Positions 24,273 through 36,700 of a stretch of 64,000 nt of DNA are shown here, in pieces (within the stretch, counting starts at the first letter, position 1; the number at the start of each line of letters is the position of its first letter). A program made the translations under genes and the position numbers. Below the pieces are notes generated by a model. The model was not told the origin of the DNA. It saw only the letters and a program-made list of their open reading frames with translations, and searched no databases. The DNA is from Lingula anatina (taxonomy: Eukaryota; Animalia; Brachiopoda): assembly GCA_051362555.1 (NCBI GenBank), contig CM120640.1, forward strand, positions 17,794,001-17,858,000, given 5' to 3'.

Positions 24273-26923
24273 TTATGGCATAACACACTTTTTCAATACA
24301 TCTGATAAAAAAACCAAACCTCAATGAAACAAAAAAGGTGCTATCCAACTACTGTGAGTTAAAATAATTATCTTTGTTCAATAGCCCTTCTTTATTCAAA
24401 AGTCTTAGTTATCAAGGATAATATGACAATATCATACTCTATCACCATAAAAAATTACACATGCCCAGTTTATGCCAAATTCTTTTCAACCTACAGGCCA
24501 CTCGAGTCACCAGGGTCCAGTGTAAGACATGGTAAATGTGTAAGGCATGGTGAGCTGTGTAATTATCACCTAGGAAGGTGTTGAAATTACCTGTCTTACC
24601 TATTTAATGGTTACATAGCATTAGAAGGTGTTAATAAAAGAGGAAAAACCATAGTTATGGCTCTCCTTAGTGAACAACTAAAGTAACAACTGGTGCCTAA
24701 TGAGGTACCAAATCAGTTACCTAACGAACAGTCTGGGTCCCGTATCTCGAAAGAATCGCGCAAGCGTCTCAATTCCATAACTTCCCTACTCGTCCCATAT
24801 AATACACTGTAGCCTCTATTTGATATAGCGATTCGCAATACGTAATGCTTTCGAGATATGGGGCCCTGGTTTACCTGTATACACGATAGTATAGCAATGC
24901 AGGAAATCTTTGAATTTTATTTGCTCAAATATCTAAGATAACCCTCAAATGAGACAATTTAAAAATGTAGAGAATTGACAGTACATGTACAAATGATAGA
25001 AAAAGACATGATATGGCCACAGCTTGCATTAGACTTGTACCTTTCCACAAACTAGATAAAGATATAAGCATGGCCGCTTGCTACTTTGATTTTATAACAA
25101 ATATAATATACCACTTTCACATATCTTCACTGCCAAAAGCATTTTAAAGAACTCTGCAAGTATACTTCATCATCCCTAAAGAAACTGCAACCATGGCTCG
25201 GATGCTTGTACAGCCCACCATATTTAAATTGAGAAATAAAATATCTAATTGCTTGATTCACCGTTCAACTAACTCTGTCTCTTTGCCTGTGGTTGACGCA
25301 TTTCTGTGCTTTAGCCACCTTTTTAGTTCTGGCACTGTGCACGCTTGCAATCAATTTGTAAATTCCGTGCATGGCATACGCACAATCAAACCGTATATCC
25401 AAATTCCACCTCTGATGTTTATTTCGGTCCTCTGCACAATCCAATTCAGGAAATGACGTAACCGCAGAGGTCGTATTGTCCAATGGCATGGCTTCTTTTT
25501 CGTAATTGGAGGTTAGAGAAGACCGAAATAAACATCAGAGGTGGAATTTGGATATACGTTTTGATTGTGCGTATGCCATGCACGGAATTTACAAAAGAGC
25601 GACGGGATGATGTAGCCTGCAGTATTCGCGGTAAGCGTGCCAAGTTTTAGGCCGCTCGGCGCCCGGCAGTATTTTATTTCGATTATTATGTTTAAGTTGG
25701 TTGAGTTTTGTTTCACAAGCTCACTCTATTTTATTGTCTCTATGGAGGTATATGGGGACTTTACGACATTCGGTTTGAAGGCTTTAACCACTTGTTATAG
25801 TTTATTTTTGCATTGTATTGGATTAATGTGGCAGTCTAAGGTTGTCCTAGGTGGTTTTTAAGTTTATGCACCCGGTTTTAATATCATTTAGCGATTTTAC
25901 GACAATCGTTTACTATCCAATCAAGGTGACAGCCGAGCGTGCTTGCAATAGCTCTTTTATACAAGCAACAGGTATGTCACCCTCACATACCAACACCTTG
26001 CTGTAACATTGAGGACTCTAATGATCCTTGTAGCGCACTTTTCTTGTAATGCGCAATTTCCATTTCGGTGAAAGATGAAAAAAGCCTATACCAATCCTCA
26101 GTGAAACTAATTAACTGACCGATTTTCAGAAATTTCACTGGCCTGGTCTGATTTTTACTGCCACTGGGATTGGGAACAGAGGTTAACATTACAGACTATA
26201 TGCCATATTTACTATAGCAATCTATCCTGAGTATCAATTTTTATAAAGCAGCATAAACAAGAATGTAAATTATTTTACTGTAACTAAATAGTAAAACTTC
26301 TAACAGATGTTCAATACATCAACCACTTCTTGTTGAACTTATCATCGGACAAAGTTTTGATCTTATTCTAACAGATAAAAAGTGGAATTACAGGGGTAGT
26401 TAAACCATTGATTAAACAAATGGGTTTAGGACCAGATTGTTACAGGGTTATGGCGAGTGTCAGGAGATCAAAGATTGGTTAATCAGAAGAAATAATGTTC
26501 ACTCCAGGATATTTTGTCAAGTATGAATTTAATCTGGGAAAATCTTACACTGTGTACCTTTAATTTTTTATGCGGCCCCTTTTAAGACAAAGTGGGGCAG
26601 TACTAGAAGCAAATAATCCACAATGAAAATTACCCCCAAATCATACATGATGTGAAATACACAGGAACTACTACATACGACATAATCAAAATAAACTGTG
26701 AGGTATAATGCTTATCGATTTACATAATCATAAATTATCACAAAGAACATGCTTACCGCCATTTATTGATTCCGACTTGTGTAGAGCCAGCAAACCATGG
26801 ATCTAAAATATACACACATCTGAAAGTCACAGCTCCCTCGAGAGCTTCCACTAATGCTGGGTTGTCGTGCAGACGCAATCCTTTGCGAAACCAGTGAATC
26901 ACATTTTTCTGCGTACTTGTCAT
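16912..26923 (-). CDS. CRY2: Mammalian-type (repressor) cryptochrome, CRY2/CRY-m, 11 coding exons, 539 aa
   Basis: Exons 26757-26923, 22607-22715, 21893-22035, 21176-21360, 20553-20641, 20076-20216, 19597-19767, 19103-19243, 18660-18811, 17748-17953 and 16912-17027. All introns are GT-AG, phases agree and the total is 1620 nt. Translation [24 protein letters not shown]...LDPWFAGS...GQLLWREFF...[18 protein letters not shown]...[14 protein letters not shown]...ERMKQVYQ follows vertebrate CRY1/2 closely. The last exon (tail) is the least certain. Confidence 0.95.
24205..24271. repeat. (AC)n microsatellite
   Basis: About 33 perfect AC units. Confidence 0.98.
24736..24865. mobile_element. PIF/Harbinger-like MITE (130 bp) in cry intron 1
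   Basis: 18-bp TIRs GG(T/C)CCC(G/A)TATCTCGAAAG with a 3-bp TSD CTG at 24733-24735 and 24866-24868. Confidence 0.75.
25355..25595. repeat. Long inverted repeat (75-bp arms, 1 mismatch, 91-nt spacer), probably the core of a larger fold-back element (~25200-25970)
   Basis: 25355-25429 is the reverse complement of 25521-25595 except at one position. The surroundings are CpG-rich. Confidence 0.9.
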
Positions 26924-27744
26924 TCTTCGAACCGTTCTCTCGATTTAGATTGCATTTTCTTCTCGAAATAAATATGATAAATGAGGAGATTAATGCAGGT
27001 CTACCTCAAATAAAATGTCCCCAGGACAGTTAATATCCCGTATGATAACACTAAGCAGTTTGATACCCGGTATATAGACAAGAATCACAAATCAATTCGG
27101 TCTGTTTTGACGTTGCTCATGTAGATTTGGCTCACGTTTTCACGATGTGGTTTATCGTGCAGGGAGAATTTCCCAGCTGTACTAAAGTTCCCAAGGCAAT
27201 CAAGTAATTTTACAGTAAAATAATGATAATTTATTAATTCATTTCGTTTAATATAATATTTTGTTTAAATTATATTGTACAATATGTTGATGTGTTGAAT
27301 TTGATTTTGATATTGACTTAATAAAAAGAAGTACTTTCAACCTAAATGAATGATCCCTATATTTCAAATTTGCATATGTATTTTTTTATATTTTGTGCAT
27401 TAAACTGGAGTAAATGCACTATTATAGACATAATTTTAACGTTAAAGCAATAATAAGCTTATTTTATAAGTTAATTTAGTAATTTGAATAAATATTTTTC
27501 TTGTATTTGAGAGTATATGTCTTCGCCGAACAAGGTGAAGGTTCTTGCGAGAAACGTGTCATCCGGGTACTTTTTATAGCATACAGGCGGTGGACATGTT
27601 TGTTGTGAGCAGAGGAACATTCATGCAGTTGATTTTTTGAGGGTGTTATTTTGCAATATTGGTCTTTTTACAATAAAATTGTGTTTGTTGTTTGCTTCTA
27701 TTTCTTATTTTCTGTAGCGTTGAGAGAAATAATCTTATAAGAAA
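26924..27744. promoter_or_regulatory. Divergent (head-to-head) promoter region of cry and CSTF3, with E'-boxes
   Basis: The two start codons are 821 nt apart. CACGTT at 27133-27138, CACGAT at 27141-27146 and AACGTG at 27553-27558. CpG-containing patches flank an AT-rich core. Confidence 0.7.
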
Positions 27745-30700
27745 ATGAGCCAGCGGTCTGCAAGGGTAAGTAATGAATTTTGCTAGTTTTTTTTGTGAGT
27801 TCACTGGAAATTTTCTGTTTGACTTGTTTGTATATTACCCAATTTGATGTAATTTGTTGTTATTATTCAATGTAATCGATCGAAATATACTTCTAATCTA
27901 AGAGGTTAGTGTTGCATAGTTGCGTGATCTGCAAATAAGTGTTGCTGTTACATTTGCTCATACTGTGTGTGCCTTCTGGATTTCTACTACCTTTGTGAAG
28001 ATATAATACGGCGGTCTTTAACGTTCAGTTTTATTAACTTTAATTTATGTATGCAATATCCATATACAATAAACTGTGGACATAAATTTGAGCAGTAAAA
28101 AAGGCGAAGACTGAAAGGAAGTAAAACGACCTTTAAAAACGTGTTACAAACCATTTCAGTACAGACATCTATACCCTGTGAAGGATACAAGAATAGCAGG
28201 CCTTCTGTTTTAGTTTTCAGTTTCAATTTTCTGTAACCATAAGTAATGGATAAAGACATTTACAGAATCCTCAGATTGTATTTTTTTGTGTGTTATTTTT
28301 TAATTATTTGAAAATATCCTAGGCCATTTAGAATTCATCCTTTTATTTTTACTTAGTATTTATGTTACTTTTGTCTAATGCTAGATATGCTGTCATGTGA
28401 AATTAATTTTTGTTTAAACCTTCAGCACTCCAGTTTAGGATGGTAATATTGTTTCAGAGGTCTCCATATTGTGAACATGAGGGCGTCTCGATAGTCCGAA
28501 GGTTCATTGGTCCGAAGGTTCATTGGTCCGAAAAGTGGTAACATTTTCATCGATTTTTTAATCAAGGGTTCATTGGTCCGAAGGTTCTATAGTGAACATT
28601 CGGACCAATGAACCTTCGGACTATTGAACCTTCGGACTATCGCTACGGCCCCGTGAACATACTAGATTCTGTTTTGTATACCTAGAAATTGAGAAATTTT
28701 CTGGTGAAAGGGTAAGAATTATCATAGGGTAAGGTGTAATATAAAGTTACGCAAGATACAGTATTGCTGATGTTTGTGTTGGAAAATGTTATCTTTTGTG
28801 TGCTATACTTTTCAGGAATCTGGATATATTCCAGATAAGATTAAAAAAGCTGAAATGCGGATAGAGGAAGATCAGTTTGATATGGAAGCGTGGAGTGTTC
28901 TTATAAGAGATGCTCAGGTATTTACTTGGGAAAGATAAATTGATACATTAGCCTTAAAAATTTTTGCCCTAAAATTATTTTTGGCTTGAAGCATTTCTGT
29001 AATGTTAGATGTAAAAGTAATAAAGCCATGTTCAGTCAGAATCCGTAAAAACAAAATTGGGCAAATGTCTTTGTTCCACTCAAGTTTGAAAGTGTTATTT
29101 CTTTTAACATTGTGTATTATACGTAAAAAATGTCAAGATTGTGCTGTGCTTAACTTTGTGCAAAAGAAAAAAAAAATTGTTTTTGAGTTTATTTGACTGA
29201 AATGATGGATTGATAATAATGAAAAGCAACATCCCAAATTCAAAAGTTCATTTAATTCAATAGTTGCACTAATCTTGCCAAAATCTTGAATGCAATGCTT
29301 TTGATTGTTTAATTTCTCCCAAGATTGCTACTTTTATATATTTAAATATTCTCGGCTTGTTTGAAAACACAGTAAAAAAGAAGTTACTACAATCCTATTA
29401 AATTTTCTGTCTGACTTTTTAGCACAAAAAGATAGAAGATGCTCGGCAGCTGTTTGAAAGACTTGTCGCTCAGTTTCCTAATGCAGGCCGTTATTGGAAG
29501 CTCTACATAGAACAAGAGGTGCTACTTTTTGTCAACAGTAATGTCAACTGCAAAAAAAGCTTAAAAGTATAGAAAGTATATTAGGTACTACTGTCGGAAG
29601 TTTTGTTGATATTTTGACACTGCAAATTGATACGAGTTTTGGCATAATAGTTTTAAGTACACGGTGAACAATTTTTCACTTGAATTGGACATTCAACCTG
29701 CTGAATACTTCAAACTTTAAAGCTTTTGTTTGCAAATTTCCTTAGTGTATCTATTCCTTAAGATTGGTTAAGAATATAGATTAGATCTTTTTTTAGATGT
29801 AAATTGTTCTTGATTTATTACATAAAGATACAAAGTTGCTTGGTGTCTTGCCTTTTTATTGGAGAGAGTCGCTTAGCTCAGTCTTCTTAACTGTTAATTA
29901 TATGGGTTTGTATTTACTGAATACAGGAAATATAAAGTGAAAGGGAGTGCCTCTGAAAAAGATTAAGTTATTTTCAATTTATAATCAAGTTATGAAAATT
30001 TCAGTCCTCTTATGGTAATATTAATTTTTGCTTGTTCTTTTTCGATTAAAGAAACATTTGTATCCTTCAAAACATATGATATGGATTAAGATATAGAGCA
30101 AGTATTTACATTTCAATAAAATATACCAGATATATGATATATTATAAAATAGACATATGAAATATATGAGACATGAAATATAACAAATTGTAAATGCTGA
30201 ATGAGGCATAAAATGCATTAAAAATCATAGCTGACCATGGAGAAAATATGCAATTAAAATGGATTTTGAACGTAATTTTGTCGTTGGATTTGAGATTCAA
30301 ATCCTTATAACCGGGATTTTCAAATGTAATTGCATAAATTGTTAAATTTTTATTGATACGGTATCATAAAATGAGCATAAAGGATAATAACGTAATCTCT
30401 TGATTCGTCATTTTAAAGAGTTGTTCATTTCTCGTTATGTTCTATACCTATGGTTTATAAACCGGATTTTTCCCAAAGATGGGATTTCTCATATTGCATA
30501 GTAACTTAAAAAGTTGCGTATAAAAGTGTCCCAGTAATGTATGTAAACCACTTCTACTAGTTTTTACACAACTCGGATAAAGTGGACATACCAAGGGATG
30601 AACAAAATTAAAAGCTAGAAAAAGCGCTTTAAAACTGCACCTTTTTGAAATTTTTGCTCATAAATCGACCTTTTTATGTGACCTAGTTATCTGTCCCCAT

Positions 30701-33700
30701 TATTTTCAGCACAAAGTTAGCAGCAAATAATATTCAAATATCATTTTTAAGGGTAAAACATTGTCCTGTAGTATTTTTTTTTTAAATTTTATTTATTTAT
30801 TTTTTTTATTATTTTTTTTTGTAAGTTATACAAGTTGACACTAGGGTGGCATTTGGTCGGCCTATGTTGCAAAAAAAAAAAAATGTCTTCATATGTATCT
30901 TTAATCTTCAAAAAAAAAAAATCTTCAAAGCTGGCTAATTTTTGTGAGTGAACTGGGTCTCTTTAAATAGATGATCATTTTAATCTGCATGTCTCTTAGC
31001 AAATTGATAACATGGTGACAATTAAAATGTGGGTTCAGTTTTTGTGCAGACCATTTCAAAAAGTGTTCTCAGAAAAATTGTGAATATAGATGGTTTAGTT
31101 TTCAACAGTTTTGAATGATTTATGGACATTTTGTGGCAAGCCTCTGGAAAATGCATGTGATTTTGATCAAGGTATCTTCATTATTTGCCATCAGTAACAG
31201 TTGGTAAAAATCGGTACCCTTCAGCCGTAAGTTGATGAAATTACAAATGCACCAGATTTAAAATTGCAAGAAGACTGTTGGCTCCACGTTCAGAGAACAT
31301 TGTGTATTGGTTATCCACAGTGGTATCTATTTATCACCTCTTTGAAGCATTTTAGTGAGAATGAAGGCCCATAACTGACCTCCCTGGAGATTTCTTGTCT
31401 AGAATTGCTAAGTCCAACCTAAAGGATATTTCAAAACAAAGTATGATGGCACTCGATAACAATTTTGAATTATGTATTATGGGACAACTAAACTGTCACC
31501 ATTTCAAAAGCTAATAAATTAATTGCAGACAAAAGCCACCTTTTTTTAAAAGAAGTGATTCATTGTGAAATTGTTTTCATATTTAAGAAGCTCTGGATTG
31601 CTTAAATTTTCTTTAAAAATTTTCAGTGTGTCATATTAATTTTTTTTAAAGTAATACTGATGTTTTATGGGATGACACAGTTTGAATGTAAGTAACTTTG
31701 TTGAAATAATGTTTTTCAGTATTTTTGGAATATTATGTGCATTATAAGCACTAATTAATAGCTGGTAAAAAAAATTTATCTATAATAAGTTGTACACATG
31801 ATTTAGAGATAATTTTTAAAAATGTCAGATTGCTGATGGGCTTCAGACTTGCCCTGGAGATAGTTTCTAATTCCTATTTACCAGTGGTACCTTAATAGAC
31901 ATATGCATCTTGTACACAAAGTGCCATATCAGTTCAAAAATTTGAAAAATGACAATCATTTGCCGTAATTTTTACATTAACCATGAATTGCATTCTAGTA
32001 CTGTTGCATTTTGGAATGCTATTATTATTAACCAACTATGAATGCCGTCTTTTCTTAAAAGCACCAAAACAAAACTAATGTTTTTGCCAGTTGTGAGGTT
32101 TTAAAAATTTGTTGCGTGAATTTTCATGGTATGACATGCCCTAAATTGAAGATACACAGTGCAAGTTTTCCTTGCAATAAAGCTTTATAAAAATTCTGCT
32201 GTAAAACGGTATTTTTCTCTGAGTAACCAATCTTTGATCTCCCTTTCCTGACTGTGGCAGCAGCTCTATGACAATGTAGGAAAATTAAAATGCCCTTAAC
32301 TCCTACTTGGTGTGGGTTATTGAAGTGCTACCCAACTCCCCCTTCTGGGTTGTGCTTAATTCAAAATTGTGTCAAGATTATTGAGAGGTGGTGAGGTTAG
32401 TGAGAAGATGATAAATTTGATTATCTAACATTTACACTGCTTTCCCATATAGCCATCGTACCAGCTGGATCATTCTATCTATGCAGGGCTTTTTGCTTTA
32501 GTTCCTTCAGTGTAATCAGCTTCATTGTCTGGCACCCTTTTGAGTAACTAGGGGGTCATTGACTATTGTTAATTATCCCTTTGCAGCTTAAGTAAGCGTG
32601 CCAGCTCCATTTTTTATGGATAAGTTTAAAAAAAAGGATAACGTGTGTTTAAAATCTTACACTGTGTCCCTATATTTTAAAAAGATGTATGTAAATATGT
32701 CAAATAAGCTGTTTTATTTGTGTATAATGTTTACTACTGCAACGCAGCCTTTTGAGTATGCTATTCATTTTTGTGTCTACTGATCTGTAACATTTTTAAA
32801 TGACAAAACAATGAACACTTGAAGATATAAAGATATAATTATTGAGGTATGGAGCCATGGCTTAATGAGTTTTTTCCTGTGATTTTAACTGTGCTGTTGT
32901 GAAATGTCAAAACTTGTCAAAAACAAATCAAAACGATATTCAATCATTTATGTAATCATACTATATATATATATATATTAAATATCTATCTAACATTTTA
33001 CGGAATAACATTTTTACATTTTGAGCAAAAAGTATGCTTTTTCTGAGATGCTTTTTTTGATGAGTTTTTTTTTTGATCCTGCACTCATCGGCACCGGTGG
33101 CTTGGTTTATGCCCCGCCTTTATTGCCAAGGGTAAACTCGGTGGGTGGACCTTCGCAGCATTAGTGCGATTGGCGAAACATTATAACTGGAATGTGTCAT
33201 ACTTCCTTTGTCATAAACAGCGATAAATAGCCTTGCCTATTGTTCCCCTTAAGCTGTTTTGATAGCCGCTCTTGTTTGTGATCAGCGCTAAGGAGAATCT
33301 TTTCCGACACATTGGATTTGCTCAAAATACGCGTTTTCCGTTGAATTGCTTGTTGTTATACATGCTCTTTCGATTTTTTCTTGGTAACATTTTGAGATAC
33401 AAAAAAAAAACAAAAAAACATTCCACTGCTTGCTACTTGTGACAGCAACTGTCATACTATTGATCAATCTTTGACTACAGCTATGCAGTCGTCAGATTTT
33501 ATAGATCTATGCAACTTGGGCTATCTGGCCTAGCATTGAGGCGCAAATGTTAATCAAATCTTTAACATAACAACTTACGATTACTTGGGTCTATGATGGT
33601 GACCTTAGCCTCTAGTCATGTCTCTAGCAATAATCATCGGAAAATCAACTATGATAATATATATAATCATTCCACCTGGCACGCAGTCGATTTAAGTATT

Positions 33701-36700
33701 AGGAATATTGACATCAAGCTCTAGTCTTGCTAACTTGCCATACTAATTTTGACTTATGTGCAATTATCAGGTTAGGCATCATTAAAAGGTAACTATCTGA
33801 TAATATCTCCCAGTTCCAACTGACGTCCAGTCCATTCAAGTGTGTCATATAAATGACAGCACATGTGATTACAACTCATAAGTTTGATGTCAGTAAGGAT
33901 AACATGCTGTCGATATGGGTAAAAGGAATAAAAGTAAAAACTGCATTTCCTCAAGAACGTAATGTAGACAAGACCACCTGCAATGATGCTATTGTGTGCA
34001 CATCTTTGAGCGCATCCCTAACATTTGCCCCAACATCCATTGGCTTGGCCACTGATTGGTTGAGTCGTTAGGGATTACTACCCTGAGTGTCAGAGCAACG
34101 TAAAAGCTAGCTTGCTAAATATACCTTGTGGTGGAGTGGCTGGTATTGCTACTATGGGTTATATATGAAATCAAGATCGAGCTGGCAATACCGGAATCTA
34201 GAACCTAGGTTAGGGGTCACTTGATTGCCTGTCAATTATTCTGACTGTGCTAGCAGTAGCCCCTTGAAGTTACTAACAGGAAGTGAGATTGATACAAAAA
34301 TAAGATTTTCTGACATCCAAAAGCACGCAAACAAGCTAATTTCAATGGGCAATAGAGGACCCATCTTCGCGATTGTAATTACGATAACAGGTAAAGCTGT
34401 CACCTATTTATTTTGCAATTGTGGACAATTAACCTCTGAAAAGGTTTTTGCTCGTTTTCTTCCCTTTTAAGATTGACAAGATTATCGGTTTGAGCTATAA
34501 ACGTCTACCTGTCCACCTGAGCGATACCAAATTTACAATGCTTATTAAGAAAAGAATGCACTACAAGTAGTTTTTATAAATTTTTGATTGATCTTGTAAT
34601 TTCCATTTTATCGAGTTTGAAAGTGAAAATTCCTTAATAGTTTGATGTAATTTCACATTTTTATAAATAAAATCAACAATAAGTCTTTAAAGAAAAATTC
34701 CAGAATCCCTTTTGTAGTACTTTGTTAAAGTGTTGTAATACCATTAAAAGCATGTTTATAGCTGTCCAGGTGCCTGAGAAAATTGGGCAACTGAAAATTA
34801 TGTTTTTGTCCCAAAATCCAAATATTACGTCACACGATGATTTTGGAGCTGTGTTTCAAGCATGATTAGATGTTTCAAAGTTCCATTAAATGAATGCAAC
34901 AGGAATAAAAATGCAAAGACCTTTATTATAAGATAAAATCTCTAACATACGTCCCTGCCTTAAACAAACCAAAGCAAGTTATAAATCAGGGGGGTTTAAT
35001 CACTGTTGTTTGTTTTAAAAACCACTTAAATATTTTGAGTTGTTGTATGTCTTCATTTGCTCTTAAAATATCACACAGTTTATCCTTCTACATTACTTTG
35101 TGCTCTTTGACACTATTTTATTGAATGTTACTGATACACTTGCAATCACCAATTCTACATCGTTTCATGACATAATTATCTTGCTAATAACTTGCGTTCT
35201 ATTTGTAGCACCATAACTAACAAATGTAAGTTTATATATATATATATAAACAAATGACTTTAATGCTGTCTTGGATAAAGTTCCCTTGTTGTATTTGGTA
35301 TTTTATACTGAAGAAAAATTAAAGTTGTAAATATTTTACACATCAATAATGTGATATTGATGCAAGAAACCTGAACCTATCAGTGCAGCAAATGGGATAT
35401 GTATGCCAGAGAAAGCCTTAATGAAGTATTCAGCACTGTAAGGTCATACGAGAAAATAAAACGCGAGAATCCACGAGGTGGGGTTAACTTTTTAGCAGTA
35501 AGGTGGAAACTGTGCCAGGAATTTCCTTATCCCTTGAAAGCAGTAATTTATAAAAAGTGACACCCAAGATGTGGTGAATATCTATTGTTGTGTTATTGAC
35601 TGTAATTTGACTGACATTCAGTTAAAACCAGAATGGGAAAAATATCCGTGGATAAATTCTGTCAGCTTCAAATTTGTTGCTGCCAAGCACTTACTAATCT
35701 GCAATCATTTCTGACCTTCGAAATCCTGCGCAATCTCTCTTGCTTTTGCAGGAAGTCGCGAGTCCCATTGCTTTACATACAAAAGCTTGCTATTCTGCCA
35801 TTTCTCAATAAGGAATATTCATTAATGGAGGAAAAATTTATTACTCCCTAAAACACTTCTTGAATTTGTTAATTAAATGGATTGATGAATAGAAGTTTTT
35901 ACTAATACCAAGCTGTATTATGCCAATTAATTTAAAAAGAAAGGGTGCTTTTTGTCGTTTATCTTACAGTTTGTCTTTAACAGATGTAATGGGATCTTGA
36001 TATTTCTTGATAATGCAGTGTTATGTTTGCACTTCAAAAAATCTTAAAACAGTTGTAAAACTCACAACTTTAAAGTTTTTTTGTGGATTTTCTTTATTCA
36101 AGTGATTAATCATAAGTTTATTCCTTCTTACACTCTCAGGTCATCTTTAAGCATGGGTATGTAAAAGTTTCTTAATGAATATTATGAATATAATATTAAT
36201 GAATATAATGAATATATATTAATGAATATAATGAATATTATGATGCAATATAAAACTGACATTGGTTTAATTCTATGTCCCATTGCATATAGATGTTGTA
36301 AAATATAAGAGAGAGAAAGAGATGAACAGTGTGCAATGAAAAAACATAAGTCAGTAGAAGTTTTTTTTTTATTAAAAATATAGCAAATACTACGTCGTGG
36401 TGAAATGTAAGACTGGTATTCAGATGTCTTGCCCAATCTCCCATGCTTAAATGCATTTTGTGGCACTGGGCATAGTATATACCAATACAGTTGGATGTAT
36501 AATCTATATACGATAATATGGTACATTTACTCTCATCAGTAAGTGACCTAGACAGAAACATTTTTTTTTAACATGTAAATGGTCCATGTGTAAAAAAAAT
36601 CTCCATGTCCCAATCGTAGAATAATCTTGTAACTCTCTTGAGAGACTTTGCGGCAAGATGCCTGAACTGAGTCTGAAGCGACTAATTGGATTTTTAAAAC

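Noticed and set aside
23553-26727. D-box-like TTATGTAA sites in cry intron 1 (23553-23560, 26720-26727)
   Set aside because: The same AT-rich 8-mer also occurs in unrelated parts of the window (for example ~13494, ~32948, ~45378), so enrichment cannot be claimed.
28479-28652. Short regularly repeated units that superficially resemble a CRISPR array
   Set aside because: There are no unique spacers. The inverted arrangement and 8-bp TSD show a MITE in a eukaryotic intron.
33853-34470. Short ORFs in CSTF3 intron 3
   Set aside because: No recognisable domain or consistent splice structure; probably decayed transposon sequence.
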